Shown here piece by piece: positions 1-7,879 of a DNA stretch of 25,404 nucleotides. The stretch lies in the IMG/VR virus record IMGVR_UViG_2534681674_000010; one strand, written 5' to 3'. Below the pieces are notes generated by a model. That model saw nothing but the letters and a program-made list of their open reading frames with translations, had not been told where the DNA came from and did no database searches. The stretch's first letter is position 1, and each line of letters opens with the position of its first letter. Source of the DNA: a virus. Lineage: Duplodnaviria; Heunggongvirae; Uroviricota; Caudoviricetes. A program made the translations under genes and the position numbers.

Positions 1-149
1 GTTGCGTTTGCCAGCTCCAGCTCTCTGGCTTTTTTATCGCGCTGCGCTTTGTAGGTGATGGCGTTATCACGGTAATGATTCAGCCCCAGACTAAGCGCAC
101 CACAGGCCACCAGCAGGGCAATGATGACCACACACAGTACGCGGTTCAT
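1..149 (-). CDS. Rz: Rz-like spanin, N-terminal 49 codons; gene continues beyond window start
   Basis: Minus-strand ATG at 149; translation MNRVLCVVIIALLVACGALSLGLNHYRDNAITYKAQRDKKARELELANA closely matches recalled lambda Rz N-terminus. Confidence 0.8.
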   Translation of the reverse strand, partial: MNRVLCVVIIALLVACGALSLGLNHYRDNAITYKAQRDKKARELELANA

Positions 150-150
150 T

Positions 151-249
151 TCACCACCAGCGTATCTGACCGATGAAATAACCGGAGACCATAATCACAA
201 ACACCAGCCAGATAAGAATGAACTTCCAGGTAGATAATTTTTCAGCCAT
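151..249 (-). CDS. hypothetical 32-aa hydrophobic peptide immediately upstream of Rz
   Basis: ATG at 249, GGGAG about 9 nt upstream, translation MAEKLSTWKFILIWLVFVIMVSGYFIGQIRWW, stop 2 nt before Rz ATG; below ORF-track size cutoff. Confidence 0.3.
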   Translation of the reverse strand: MAEKLSTWKFILIWLVFVIMVSGYFIGQIRWW

Positions 250-324
250 CACTCAAATCTCCCGAATCAGTTTGCTAAAATCAAACACACTTTCTCCTTT
301 GACTTTTCCGGAGTCAGGAAACAC

Positions 325-358
325 AAAACCCCACCTGCTGCTAACAAACGGGGTTTTT
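325..358. terminator. hairpin AAAACCCC-N17-GGGGTTTT between endolysin and Rz; possible bidirectional terminator
   Basis: 8-bp perfect inverted repeat with 17-nt loop, A/T runs on both sides. Confidence 0.3.
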
Positions 359-447
359 ACTTTTATTCACTCAGGTTTTGCCAGTTCGCAGGATTTCGTG
401 TTATCCGTCCGCGTTGGCCAACGTCATTTTTCAGCAAAATATTCTGC

Positions 448-982
448 TTATCTGTCGATACCCCAGCACGCCAGCGCGCTCTCCTGGTCACGACGGGATA
501 CCTGACCATAGCAATTATTTGAGCGGATACGGCAGTCTCTGCCTCCGTCCTTAATCCACCAGCGAATCGCTTCACACGCTCCCCTGCGATCGCCTGCATT
601 AATTCGTTTATAAAACGTCGACGGGAAACACTTACCGGGGCCAATGTTATACGGGCAGAATGACGCGATCCCCGCTTTCTGGGGTTCAGTCAGTGGCACT
701 TTGATTGTTTTTCTCCACCCATGCCAGCGCCTTATCACGCTCAATGGCGTTAACCCGGTCGCATTTCCCCTTCGACAGCTTCATGCCAGGAATAACAGGC
801 TTACCATCCACCCGGGTGGCTCCACGGCAGATGGTCCAGATACCCGCACCATCACGGTATGCCGTGGTGTGGTTACCTTCTTTTTCGTCAAGAAACTGGT
901 CGAGAATTTCAGGCGCAGAAGCACCTGCGGCAATCAGCGCCAGAACGGCAGCCGACAGGCCGTATTTGATTTTTGTGTTCAT
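448..982 (-). pseudogene. R: SAR-type endolysin (lysozyme) split over two frames by an apparent 1-nt insertion near 705-706
   Basis: ORF 686..982 gives signal-anchor N-terminus MNTKIKYGLSAAVLALIAAGASAP...WVEKN; ORF 448..744 continues IKVPLTEPQKAGIASFCPYNIGPGK...RDQESALACWGIDR in another frame; 535 nt span is not a multiple of 3. Confidence 0.65.
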
Positions 983-1018
983 GGATATATTAAATATTCA
1001 GCCGCTGTCCCAGGCCCA

Positions 1019-1579
1019 CTAAATACGCACTTTCAGATAAGTCAGTCCGGGATGAAGCCAGTAAGCCGGCACTTTTTTAAAGGGTGGAGTATTAAAATTA
1101 CGAAGAAGAGCCTCCCGCACAATTGCATCCTTATCAGCACCACTGGCCAGCGCTTCAATCTCAGCGGCTACCTGCAGATACCCCATGCAACGACCAATGC
1201 GCTGCATCAGCCCCTGTTTTTTATTGTTCTTCAGGTAATCAATGGCAAATTCAATGAGCGTCTCACTGTGCTGGTGCGATGGCAGTGTTACTTTTCCATT
1301 TTCTGATATGGTGATTTTCCCGTCATCACCGGATACAACAAAGGATGGCCGGTTACACTCCCATTCCAGCTCACTGCAATTATCATTATGAATACTGAAA
1401 CACTCTGCGAGATTTCTGCTCATCACTTTCCGACAATAATCGTCAAACGCAGCAAACTGCTCATCGCGGCGTTTTTTTTCATCTTCAGAAGGCATCAGCG
1501 CCGACAGTTTTTTATTCAGTTCAGCAATTTCATTTTCCAGACGACTGAAGCGCTGATTCATTTCTTCATGGTTCATCAC
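1019..1579 (-). CDS. hypothetical 186-aa protein between holin and endolysin (coiled-coil N-terminus, Cys-containing, no TM segment)
   Basis: Intact ORF; ATG directly abuts holin stop (1580-1582); no recognisable family. Confidence 0.6.
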   Translation of the reverse strand: MMNHEEMNQRFSRLENEIAELNKKLSALMPSEDEKKRRDEQFAAFDDYCRKVMSRNLAECFSIHNDNCSELEWECNRPSFVVSGDDGKITISENGKVTLPSHQHSETLIEFAIDYLKNNKKQGLMQRIGRCMGYLQVAAEIEALASGADKDAIVREALLRNFNTPPFKKVPAYWLHPGLTYLKVRI

Positions 1580-1796
1580 CTACTCTCCCCGTGCCGCCTT
1601 ACGCCGGTCTTCTTTAATCTTGAAATACAGGTTCGTCAGGTACGTCAGCAGACCAAACAGCAGACTCCCCAGCACGCCTATTGCCGCCCACTGAGACGGG
1701 GAAACCCCTGTCCAGCAACTGCAGGAACCAGTAGCCCGTTCCCACCGCTGACGTGGTGTATGACACACCTGTTGTGATTTTTTCCATCTGGTACAT
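1580..1796 (-). pseudogene. S: class II pinholin (phage 21 S21-like) with apparent +1 frameshift in a G4 run (plus 1705-1708)
   Basis: ORF 1614..1796 N-terminus [29 protein letters not shown] then out of frame; ORF 1580..1825 C-terminus [41 protein letters not shown] matches recalled S21; removing one G restores a ~72-aa holin. Confidence 0.65.
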
Positions 1797-1872
1797 ACCC
1801 CGTCTCCCGCAATCCGGAAGCTCACAACATGAAAAAGGCCAGCAGCTGTTTACTGATGGCCCTGACTCCCCG

Positions 1873-2145
1873 TTACAGCATCATGACCGATTCGGGTTGA
1901 GGTTCAGTCGCATCGGCGACCGGTGATTCAGGCTGAACTTCACCGCTCTCTGCGGTGGTATCTCCCGCTTCAGTCGGTGGCTCTGCCTGTACACCAAGCA
2001 GTTCATCCAGAATGGCATCCACTTCTGCATCAAGACGCGCTTCCAGGTTATGGCGAAGTTTCTGTTTCAGTGCGCTCCGGACTTCTTCAGAGCGCAGGAC
2101 GTCCTTCACTGCCTCTGCAGTGACCAGGGATGTAATTTCTGACAT
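1873..2145 (-). CDS. hypothetical acidic protein (90 aa)
   Basis: ORF from internal ATG at 2145 ([23 protein letters not shown]...); weak RBS. Confidence 0.45.
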   Translation of the reverse strand: MSEITSLVTAEAVKDVLRSEEVRSALKQKLRHNLEARLDAEVDAILDELLGVQAEPPTEAGDTTAESGEVQPESPVADATEPQPESVMML

Positions 2146-2185
2146 GGGATTTTCTCGTCGAAAGGTGTGATTAAGAAAGTTGCCG

Positions 2186-2365
2186 CTAAATGAGCGGCTC
2201 TTCGGGTTTGCTTCCGGCTGACTGACTGGCGCTGATTTTCTCAGCGGCCCTTTTGTCAATCTGTCTGCGCCAGAAGTCACGCATGGCCCTGTACCCACCC
2301 GAAAGGAGATACAGCACACAGACCACCGTACAGAAGTACAGCATTAACTGGTTCAGAAATGTCAT
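2186..2365 (-). CDS. hypothetical small membrane protein (59 aa)
   Basis: ATG at 2365 with GGAAAG 5 nt upstream; MTFLNQLMLYFCTVVCVLYLLSGGY hydrophobic segment then charged tail; below ORF-track cutoff. Confidence 0.35.
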   Translation of the reverse strand: MTFLNQLMLYFCTVVCVLYLLSGGYRAMRDFWRRQIDKRAAEKISASQSAGSKPEEPLI

Positions 2366-2462
2366 AATTTCTTTCCGTTATTGTTGACAATAAGAACTGT
2401 TTTCATTAAAAACCAGAGTACGAAAGTATCGTTCCTTTATTTTTTCTCCATAGGTATCACCA

Positions 2463-2498
2463 CCGCCAGCGTCCATTCCTGTCGCTGGCGGTTTTTTT
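2463..2498 (+). terminator. intrinsic terminator hairpin with T7 tract on plus strand, abutting the nanS-p stop
   Basis: CCGCCAGCG-N11-CGCTGGCGG followed by TTTTTTT on plus strand; on minus strand no U tract follows the stem. Confidence 0.4.
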
Positions 2499-2499
2499 A

Positions 2500-4446
2500 T
2501 CATGCCGCAGTGTCTGTGCTGTTCACTTCCACCGCAATGCTGTCTATCAGTACCGGGTAAGTCGCACCTCTGGTAATGTCTGTCACATGCAGTTTATCCG
2601 CCGCAAAGGCACTGACCGGTGACTGCGTCAGCGTGAACGGTGTGCCATCCTGACCATCAATAACCGGCGTCACCTGCAGGCTGTTATTCCCGGCAAAGCG
2701 GAAAGCCAGCGTATGCCATTCGTTATCAAATGCGCCAAAGGTTCCCAGTTTCAGGTTGTTTGTCGCCACTTTCGCATTGTGGTACATCACATTCAGGTCT
2801 TTTGCATCTGTCTGGATGTAGAACGCTGCCAGCAGGTTATTCCCCCCATCTCCGGTCAGGGCAACGCCCTGTGGCAGTGAAGATACCGGCCAGTAAAACG
2901 CCATAACATACTGGTTCGCAGCCAGCGCTCCCGAAACCTTAAAGCGGCAGCGAATCTGCCCCCCTTTCTGTAACAGAGCCGCACCGTTGCCCGCGGCGTA
3001 CTCCAGCACCCAGCTGCTTTTACCGGCTTCCTTGGTCAGCTTCACTGCCTTACCTCCGGTTCCCTCCGCATCGCTGACCACTTCTGCCCTGCCGCCACTG
3101 GCTGACCATCCCTGTACTTTCAGGCTTCCCTCTGACTCGCTGGCAAGGTAAGAGAGCAGTGTTGTGACGCCTGTGGCTTCTGCACCGGAAGGCGATGACG
3201 GGCGCACCTCTGATACTGTCGATGATGCCCCCGCGTTTAGCGCCACTCCTCCCGCATGGCGCAAAATCGCCGTTGCCAGACGGTCGGAAATAATCCCGCG
3301 GCGAGCCCATGAACTGAAATGGCTCGCCCTGTCCTGTGACGTCCAGGTGGCTGAGCTGTCACGCCATTTCGAACCGTAATATCCGATACCCGGAATGTCC
3401 GGGTCTTCTTCCGGTTTGTTCGTCGGCACATTCACCCCGTTCTCATCCGTCATGAACGGTACGAAATGGATATTCTTTTCCGTTTTGTTTTTGTAGCTGC
3501 CGTACACCGTCTGGTACGTGGATTCGTTCTTCTGCTTCCAGAAATACGTCGTATCTCCACATATCCAGGGAACACCGCCAGCAGAGCCACCGACGCACTG
3601 ACCTGCCATATCCGCCAGGTCTGCACGGAATTTATCAACCAGCGCACCAAACTGTGCTGCGTGATTTACCGGCGTACCGCCAAAATCAAATTCCCCCTGC
3701 ATCCACACCACGGCAAGCAGCACATTTTTCGGGTTCTTCTTCAGTGCTGCTTTTGTTCGACCGATAAGGTGCTTATACAGCGGCTTGTCCACACCCCAGC
3801 GGGTTGAATTCTCCGAGGCACCACTCGCGTCACTGTATGTGCCATCGGCTCCGGTGGTGAACGCTGAACCACCACGACAGCACGGAACCAGCAGAATGCC
3901 CGCATTCGCCGGTATAAACGGCAGCAGTTTTTTGGCGATATGCAGCCCTTGCCCCACGGTTCCGTACTGCCCCTTTGACAGGTCCGCTTTCGGATGGTTA
4001 AGGCGGCTCATGTCCTGCACATCATGCAGACAATGGTCCGCCGGAATGATGTCGTTATATTTGCATGCTGCACCGCCCGGTGTCACCGTACTGCGGCGCG
4101 CCAGCTGCTTAATACGCGGGTCCGGACGGTCATATGTCTCCGGCAGCGGAAGGCCTTCACCATATGCCATGCTGTTTGACTGCCCCGCCAGAACCACAAC
4201 AAAGTAATACTCCGGGTCTCTGGTGGCGCTGATTACTGCACCTTCTCCACCTGTCGGCTTCACCACAACAGGTGTGCTCACATCACCTTCTGCGACAATC
4301 GCCTGAATAAGTGCTGCGCCATCATCCGTATACGAAGAAAACGGCCCACCATATGGTTGCCATCCTTCACGAATTTTTTGCGCAAGTGCATCAGCAAGGT
4401 CTGACGGCGACGCCGCCCTGACAACATCATAATGTTTAAATGTCAT
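2500..4446 (-). CDS. nanS-p: NanS-p-like prophage sialate O-acetylesterase (648 aa)
   Basis: Intact ORF; N-terminus MTFKHYDVVRAASPSDLADALAQKIREGW and size match recalled EHEC prophage NanS-p/Z1466-type esterases; position between Q region and lysis genes as in Stx phages. Confidence 0.75.
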   Translation of the reverse strand: MTFKHYDVVRAASPSDLADALAQKIREGWQPYGGPFSSYTDDGAALIQAIVAEGDVSTPVVVKPTGGEGAVISATRDPEYYFVVVLAGQSNSMAYGEGLPLPETYDRPDPRIKQLARRSTVTPGGAACKYNDIIPADHCLHDVQDMSRLNHPKADLSKGQYGTVGQGLHIAKKLLPFIPANAGILLVPCCRGGSAFTTGADGTYSDASGASENSTRWGVDKPLYKHLIGRTKAALKKNPKNVLLAVVWMQGEFDFGGTPVNHAAQFGALVDKFRADLADMAGQCVGGSAGGVPWICGDTTYFWKQKNESTYQTVYGSYKNKTEKNIHFVPFMTDENGVNVPTNKPEEDPDIPGIGYYGSKWRDSSATWTSQDRASHFSSWARRGIISDRLATAILRHAGGVALNAGASSTVSEVRPSSPSGAEATGVTTLLSYLASESEGSLKVQGWSASGGRAEVVSDAEGTGGKAVKLTKEAGKSSWVLEYAAGNGAALLQKGGQIRCRFKVSGALAANQYVMAFYWPVSSLPQGVALTGDGGNNLLAAFYIQTDAKDLNVMYHNAKVATNNLKLGTFGAFDNEWHTLAFRFAGNNSLQVTPVIDGQDGTPFTLTQSPVSAFAADKLHVTDITRGATYPVLIDSIAVEVNSTDTAA

Positions 4447-4489
4447 TATTCCTCCCGGCCGGGATAGTGTATTAAATCAGATATGGAGT

Positions 4490-4534
4490 GGGCTGTAGTC
4501 CGGAAGCCTGAATGACACACGGGGACTACAGCCC
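4490..4534. repeat. 12-bp perfect inverted repeat GGGCTGTAGTCC-N21-GGACTACAGCCC in nanS-p upstream region
   Basis: Read directly; 44 nt upstream of nanS-p start. Confidence 0.5.
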
Positions 4535-4630
4535 AAGAAATGAAAAAAGGCCACGCAGTTGCGCAGCCTGATAAACCCTGGTTAAAATCCACACGATAAC
4601 AACACAACAATATCAGTATCTCATGCTATT

Positions 4631-4657
4631 GCCCGAACCCATTCGGGCATTTTTTTA
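4631..4657 (+). terminator. intrinsic terminator (plus orientation)
   Basis: GCCCGAA-ccc-a-TTCGGGC followed by TTTTTTT. Confidence 0.45.
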
Positions 4658-4662
4658 CCCAT

Positions 4663-4686
4663 AAAAAAGCCCCTCCGGAGAGGGGC
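4663..4686 (-). terminator. intrinsic terminator (minus orientation), back-to-back with the previous one
   Basis: GCCCCTC-cgga-GAGGGGC; on minus strand followed by TTTTTTAT. Confidence 0.5.
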
Positions 4687-4924
4687 ATGTTTGCATGCAC
4701 ATTCTTTTTCTTGCATGGTGCCGGGTGCCTCCCGGTGAATTCAGTACCAGCACCTGAATCCGCGATTACCCCATATACCTGGTTGCTGATTGCCCCTCCG
4801 CACAGGGGGATTCACCATGCCAGTTTCTTTTAACAAACTCCCCGCAAACCAGACAACAGTCAACCGCCTGAATTGTGAGACATTTAAAAAAAGGCCCGCA
4901 AAAGCGAGCCAGGGAAAATAAGTG

Positions 4925-5000
4925 TGGCGCGTTGTACTGGATTCGAACCAGCGACCTGGCGACTATGCGTCGCTCGCTCTCACCACTGAGCTAAAGGGCC
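4925..5000 (-). tRNA. tRNA-like gene, CAU anticodon (Ile2/Met-like), probably degenerate
   Basis: Minus strand GGCCCTTTAGCTCAGTGGTGAGAGC...GCTGGTTCGAATCCAGT...GCGCCA; D, anticodon and T arms fold, T-loop TTCGAAT, 5' half resembles recalled tRNA-Ile2; 3' acceptor strand ACAACGC cannot pair with 5' GGCCCTT and position 33 is G. Confidence 0.5.
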
Positions 5001-5040
5001 GGGCGCAGGATAATAACGGTACGTAACTAATCCTGCAATA

Positions 5041-6099
5041 TCATCCGTTCTGACTGACTAAATCCTGTACTTCCCTGACCGTCTGCTCAAAACGTTCAGT
5101 CTCCAGCTCAACGCCAGTTGCACGACGCCCCAGCGCCATCGCGGCTTTGACTGTCGAACCCGACCCCATGAAGAAATCTGCAACCAGGTCACCCGGACGA
5201 CTGCTCGCACTGATTATCTGCTGCAGCATTTCTGCCGGTTTTTCGCACGGATGTTTCCCGGGATAGTACTGCACCGGTTTATGCGTCCACACATCCGTGT
5301 ACGGCACCTGCGCCGTCACGCCAAAATACCGCCGCAGATGTTTATATTCACTCTGCAGTTCCGCATACTGCCGGTTCAGTGAAGTATACGTCTCCAGCAG
5401 CTGGTGGTGGGGCTTTTCCAGTTCACCGCGCTGATGCTTCTCTTCTGCCACCCGGGCAAACAGCGCCTGTAATTTCAGATAATCGCTTTCGTTCGGTAGC
5501 TGCCACTGACTGGCACTGAACCAGTGCGACACCATGTTTTTCTTTCCTGTGGCATCCACTATCTGTTTTGCCGTTATCCCCAGGGCAGCACGCGCATCAC
5601 GAAAGTAAGAAATCAGCGGAGCCATCACATGCTGTTTCAGTGCCCTGCCCTTCGCCTCATACCCGGCATCTTTCGGACGATACGGCCCCTGATAATGTTC
5701 CGCGAACAGAATGCGCTCTGTGGCGGGGAAATACGCCCTCAGGCTTTCCTTGTTGCACCCGTTCCAGCGTCCGGACGGCTTCGCCCAGATAATATGGTTC
5801 AGCACACTGAAGCGTTCACGCATCATGATTTCAATGTCAGATGCCAGGCGATGGCCACAGAACAGGTAAAGACTTCCGGCAGGTTTCAGCACCCGCCAGA
5901 ACTGCGCCAGACACTGGTCCAGCCATTTCAGGTAATCCTCATCACCCGTCCACTGGTTATCCCAGCCCTCAGGCTTCACTTTAAAGTACGGCGGGTCCGT
6001 GACTATCAGGTCAACAGAATTTTCGGGTAACGACCGGATAAATTCCAGGCAGTCGGCGTTGATTAACTCACAACTGGATATTTTTACAGTATTAAACAT
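5041..6099 (-). CDS. DNA N6-adenine (amino) methyltransferase, beta-class, orphan
   Basis: 352 aa; motif IV DPPY near N-terminus (VDLIVTDPPYF), AdoMet motif I FFMGSGST near C-terminus; no restriction enzyme partner adjacent. Confidence 0.85.
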   Translation of the reverse strand: MFNTVKISSCELINADCLEFIRSLPENSVDLIVTDPPYFKVKPEGWDNQWTGDEDYLKWLDQCLAQFWRVLKPAGSLYLFCGHRLASDIEIMMRERFSVLNHIIWAKPSGRWNGCNKESLRAYFPATERILFAEHYQGPYRPKDAGYEAKGRALKQHVMAPLISYFRDARAALGITAKQIVDATGKKNMVSHWFSASQWQLPNESDYLKLQALFARVAEEKHQRGELEKPHHQLLETYTSLNRQYAELQSEYKHLRRYFGVTAQVPYTDVWTHKPVQYYPGKHPCEKPAEMLQQIISASSRPGDLVADFFMGSGSTVKAAMALGRRATGVELETERFEQTVREVQDLVSQNG

Positions 6100-6236
6100 G
6101 GATCATTAAGCCTGTCTCTGATAGGCTCATACCGCTTTTGCGCAAAGCAGATGGGCCTGAGGTTTGCTTGTGACCCCAACGCATGAGCAGATGGCTGGTG
6201 AGTGCCCCTAACACCCACCAGCCGCCCATTTACCAC

Positions 6237-6265
6237 AAATAAAAAAGCCTTCAGGACTGAAGGCG
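6237..6265 (-). terminator. intrinsic terminator (minus orientation)
   Basis: GCCTTCAG-gac-TGAAGGC; on minus strand followed by TTTTTTATTT; overlaps last codons of the 65-aa ORF. Confidence 0.5.
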
Positions 6266-6448
6266 TCTGTAACAACCAAACTGATAGTCTGCCAGACCCG
6301 CCATAACAAGCTGGGTCAGTATTAGCTGGCAGCGTTCGCGTGAAAGGTACGTATTCTGTGCAATCTCCCCGACTGTCGCCGGTTCGGTGGCACTTAATTC
6401 ATTAAAAACTGCTCTGGCGGTTTCTGTCATATCCTGCTGTTTCAGCAT
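6251..6448 (-). CDS. hypothetical 65-aa protein, first ORF downstream of Q/tR'
   Basis: Start chosen at MLKQQDMTETARAVF (ATG 6448, AGGG upstream); possible helix-turn-helix. Confidence 0.4.
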   Translation of the reverse strand: MLKQQDMTETARAVFNELSATEPATVGEIAQNTYLSRERCQLILTQLVMAGLADYQFGCYRRLQS

Positions 6449-6560
6449 GTCTTTTTCCCTTTTTCGGTTAACGTGACACACCAATAACTCTTGTCGAAAA
6501 AGCCAGCAAGCTGAAAGACCGGTATTCACCGCCACCAGCGCGTTTACTGTACTGGCGTGA

Positions 6561-6583
6561 TTTCAGTCATAAAAAAACCCGCC
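6561..6583 (-). terminator. tR'-like intrinsic terminator downstream of Q
   Basis: Minus strand CCCGTCGCCAGGCGGG followed by TTTTTTT, about 90 nt downstream of Q stop. Confidence 0.5.
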
Positions 6584-6631
6584 TGGCGACGGGTGTAAAA
6601 AATCTTCTAACGTCAGGCATAAAACGCCCAT

Positions 6632-6659
6632 CGTTAGGGCAAATTTACCACAGATTCGG
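6632..6659 (-). promoter_or_regulatory. candidate late promoter pR'-like (TTGATT-16-TAAATT), presumed Q loading region
   Basis: Sigma70-like hexamers on minus strand just downstream of Q stop. Confidence 0.3.
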
Positions 6660-6674
6660 GAAAAATCAACAAAG

Positions 6675-7496
6675 CTATCTGGTCACCTTTTTCAGTTGTT
6701 GTTCTGCCCATGCTTCTTCAATATCAAACTGCACCACCAGCGTATCGTAAAAACGTTTAACTGTTTTTTTCCATGTATCAAGAGATATGGCATCGGTTAC
6801 ATTACATATGGCATTAAATGCCTCCGTTGAAGGTAATCTTTCATAGCCACGCCCACCACAACGCTGACAGTTTCTGAAAACCGGCACACCCTGTTTTTCC
6901 GACTCTTCACGATGAATGGCAACACCGCGCCCACGACAATCTTTACAGGCAGTGGATACCTCTCCCTTCCCTCCACACTCCGGACAGGCAACTTTTACCA
7001 CCTCCCTGACTTTTTTCCATTCCTCCCAGTAAGACGGATACACGCCTTTTGTGCACTTTGCCCACACTGGCGGCTTACCATCCGGATACTGGATCTTGTT
7101 TGTAAAAACCTCGCTTTCAATAAATTTTTTTCCGTGACAGCAGGGGCACTGTTTTTTGCTCGCCGCGCTACGGGCATAATCTTCAAACGCATACGAAGCC
7201 ATAATACGCATCACTGCCGGTTTTATTTCTGCCGGGAGTTTTCTTAACGCCGCCACGCGATCACACCGACTGAGTGCATATTCTGTCAGCAATTCTGTTG
7301 CCCGCTCTCTGTCATTCATACTAATGCCCATTTTCCCAAGGAACGCAGAAAACCCCATCTCAGCCCGATTCTGTGTCATGCCCTGCGCGGCCATCACATC
7401 AGTGATACTCAGCGCATCTTTTGACGTTGAGGCCGATGCATCGGTCAGGCCAGGGGATTTTGGGGAGTAGTATTTCGGTAAATCTTCCAGTTTCAT
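6675..7496 (-). CDS. late-gene antiterminator Q-like protein (QuuQ-type, Cys-rich zinc motifs)
   Basis: 273 aa with CPCC...CPECGGKG...CKDCRGRG...CQRCGGRG; position after rusA and before pR'/tR' and late genes. Confidence 0.6.
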   Translation of the reverse strand: MKLEDLPKYYSPKSPGLTDASASTSKDALSITDVMAAQGMTQNRAEMGFSAFLGKMGISMNDRERATELLTEYALSRCDRVAALRKLPAEIKPAVMRIMASYAFEDYARSAASKKQCPCCHGKKFIESEVFTNKIQYPDGKPPVWAKCTKGVYPSYWEEWKKVREVVKVACPECGGKGEVSTACKDCRGRGVAIHREESEKQGVPVFRNCQRCGGRGYERLPSTEAFNAICNVTDAISLDTWKKTVKRFYDTLVVQFDIEEAWAEQQLKKVTR

Positions 7497-7867
7497 TTTT
7501 TGACCTGCCCTTCAAGCATTATGGGGTAAATCTTCACCCCCAGACGTCCACCAGATACTGGCTTTCCACGTACAATATTGATTTCATCAAACTGCTCATC
7601 GTCCATTAACAACCCCGCGTGCGTCAGCGCATCCAGCGGTGCTTTCAGAATATTGTCCAGGTCACGGCGGCGCTTATCCGGTGGCTCTGCAATAATTTTT
7701 ATTGCCAGCCGTCCGGACAGGCTTAATTTCAGTCGCTGCTGGCGAACAATAAGCGCCACTGCCCGGCGATAACGCTTCCCGGCTTTTGATACAAAATATG
7801 TGCTGCCACGGCGTCGCCAGTAAGTGTTCACCGTCGGCGGGTAAGGTAAAACCAAATCTATGAGCAT
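7493..7867 (-). CDS. rusA: RusA Holliday junction resolvase
   Basis: 124 aa; motifs PPTVNTYWRRRG and DKRRRDLDNILKAPLDALTHAGLLMDDEQ match recalled E. coli RusA. Confidence 0.85.
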   Translation of the reverse strand: MLIDLVLPYPPTVNTYWRRRGSTYFVSKAGKRYRRAVALIVRQQRLKLSLSGRLAIKIIAEPPDKRRRDLDNILKAPLDALTHAGLLMDDEQFDEINIVRGKPVSGGRLGVKIYPIMLEGQVKK

Positions 7868-7879
7868 CAGTCACCTCTT

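Noticed and set aside
1-149. Embedded Rz1 (o-spanin) ORF in the +1 frame of Rz
   Set aside because: No lipoprotein-like start or lipobox within the 149 nt available; it would lie beyond the window start.
363-644. 93-aa minus-strand ORF
   Set aside because: Overlaps the endolysin C-terminal coding frame in a different phase; Arg-rich shadow frame.
644-1306. 220-aa plus-strand ORF
   Set aside because: Lies antisense to the endolysin and the 186-aa ORF, with Arg/Gly/Pro-rich composition; a shadow frame.
3050-4207. Several 60-140-aa ORFs on both strands
   Set aside because: All lie inside the intact 648-aa nanS-p-like ORF and have non-protein-like composition.
4447-4924. Shiga toxin genes stxA/stxB at the canonical Q-to-nanS-p position
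   Set aside because: No ORF of suitable size exists in the 480-bp interval; only terminators and an inverted repeat.
5524-6030. 168-aa plus-strand ORF
   Set aside because: Antisense to the DNA methyltransferase, which has clear catalytic motifs.
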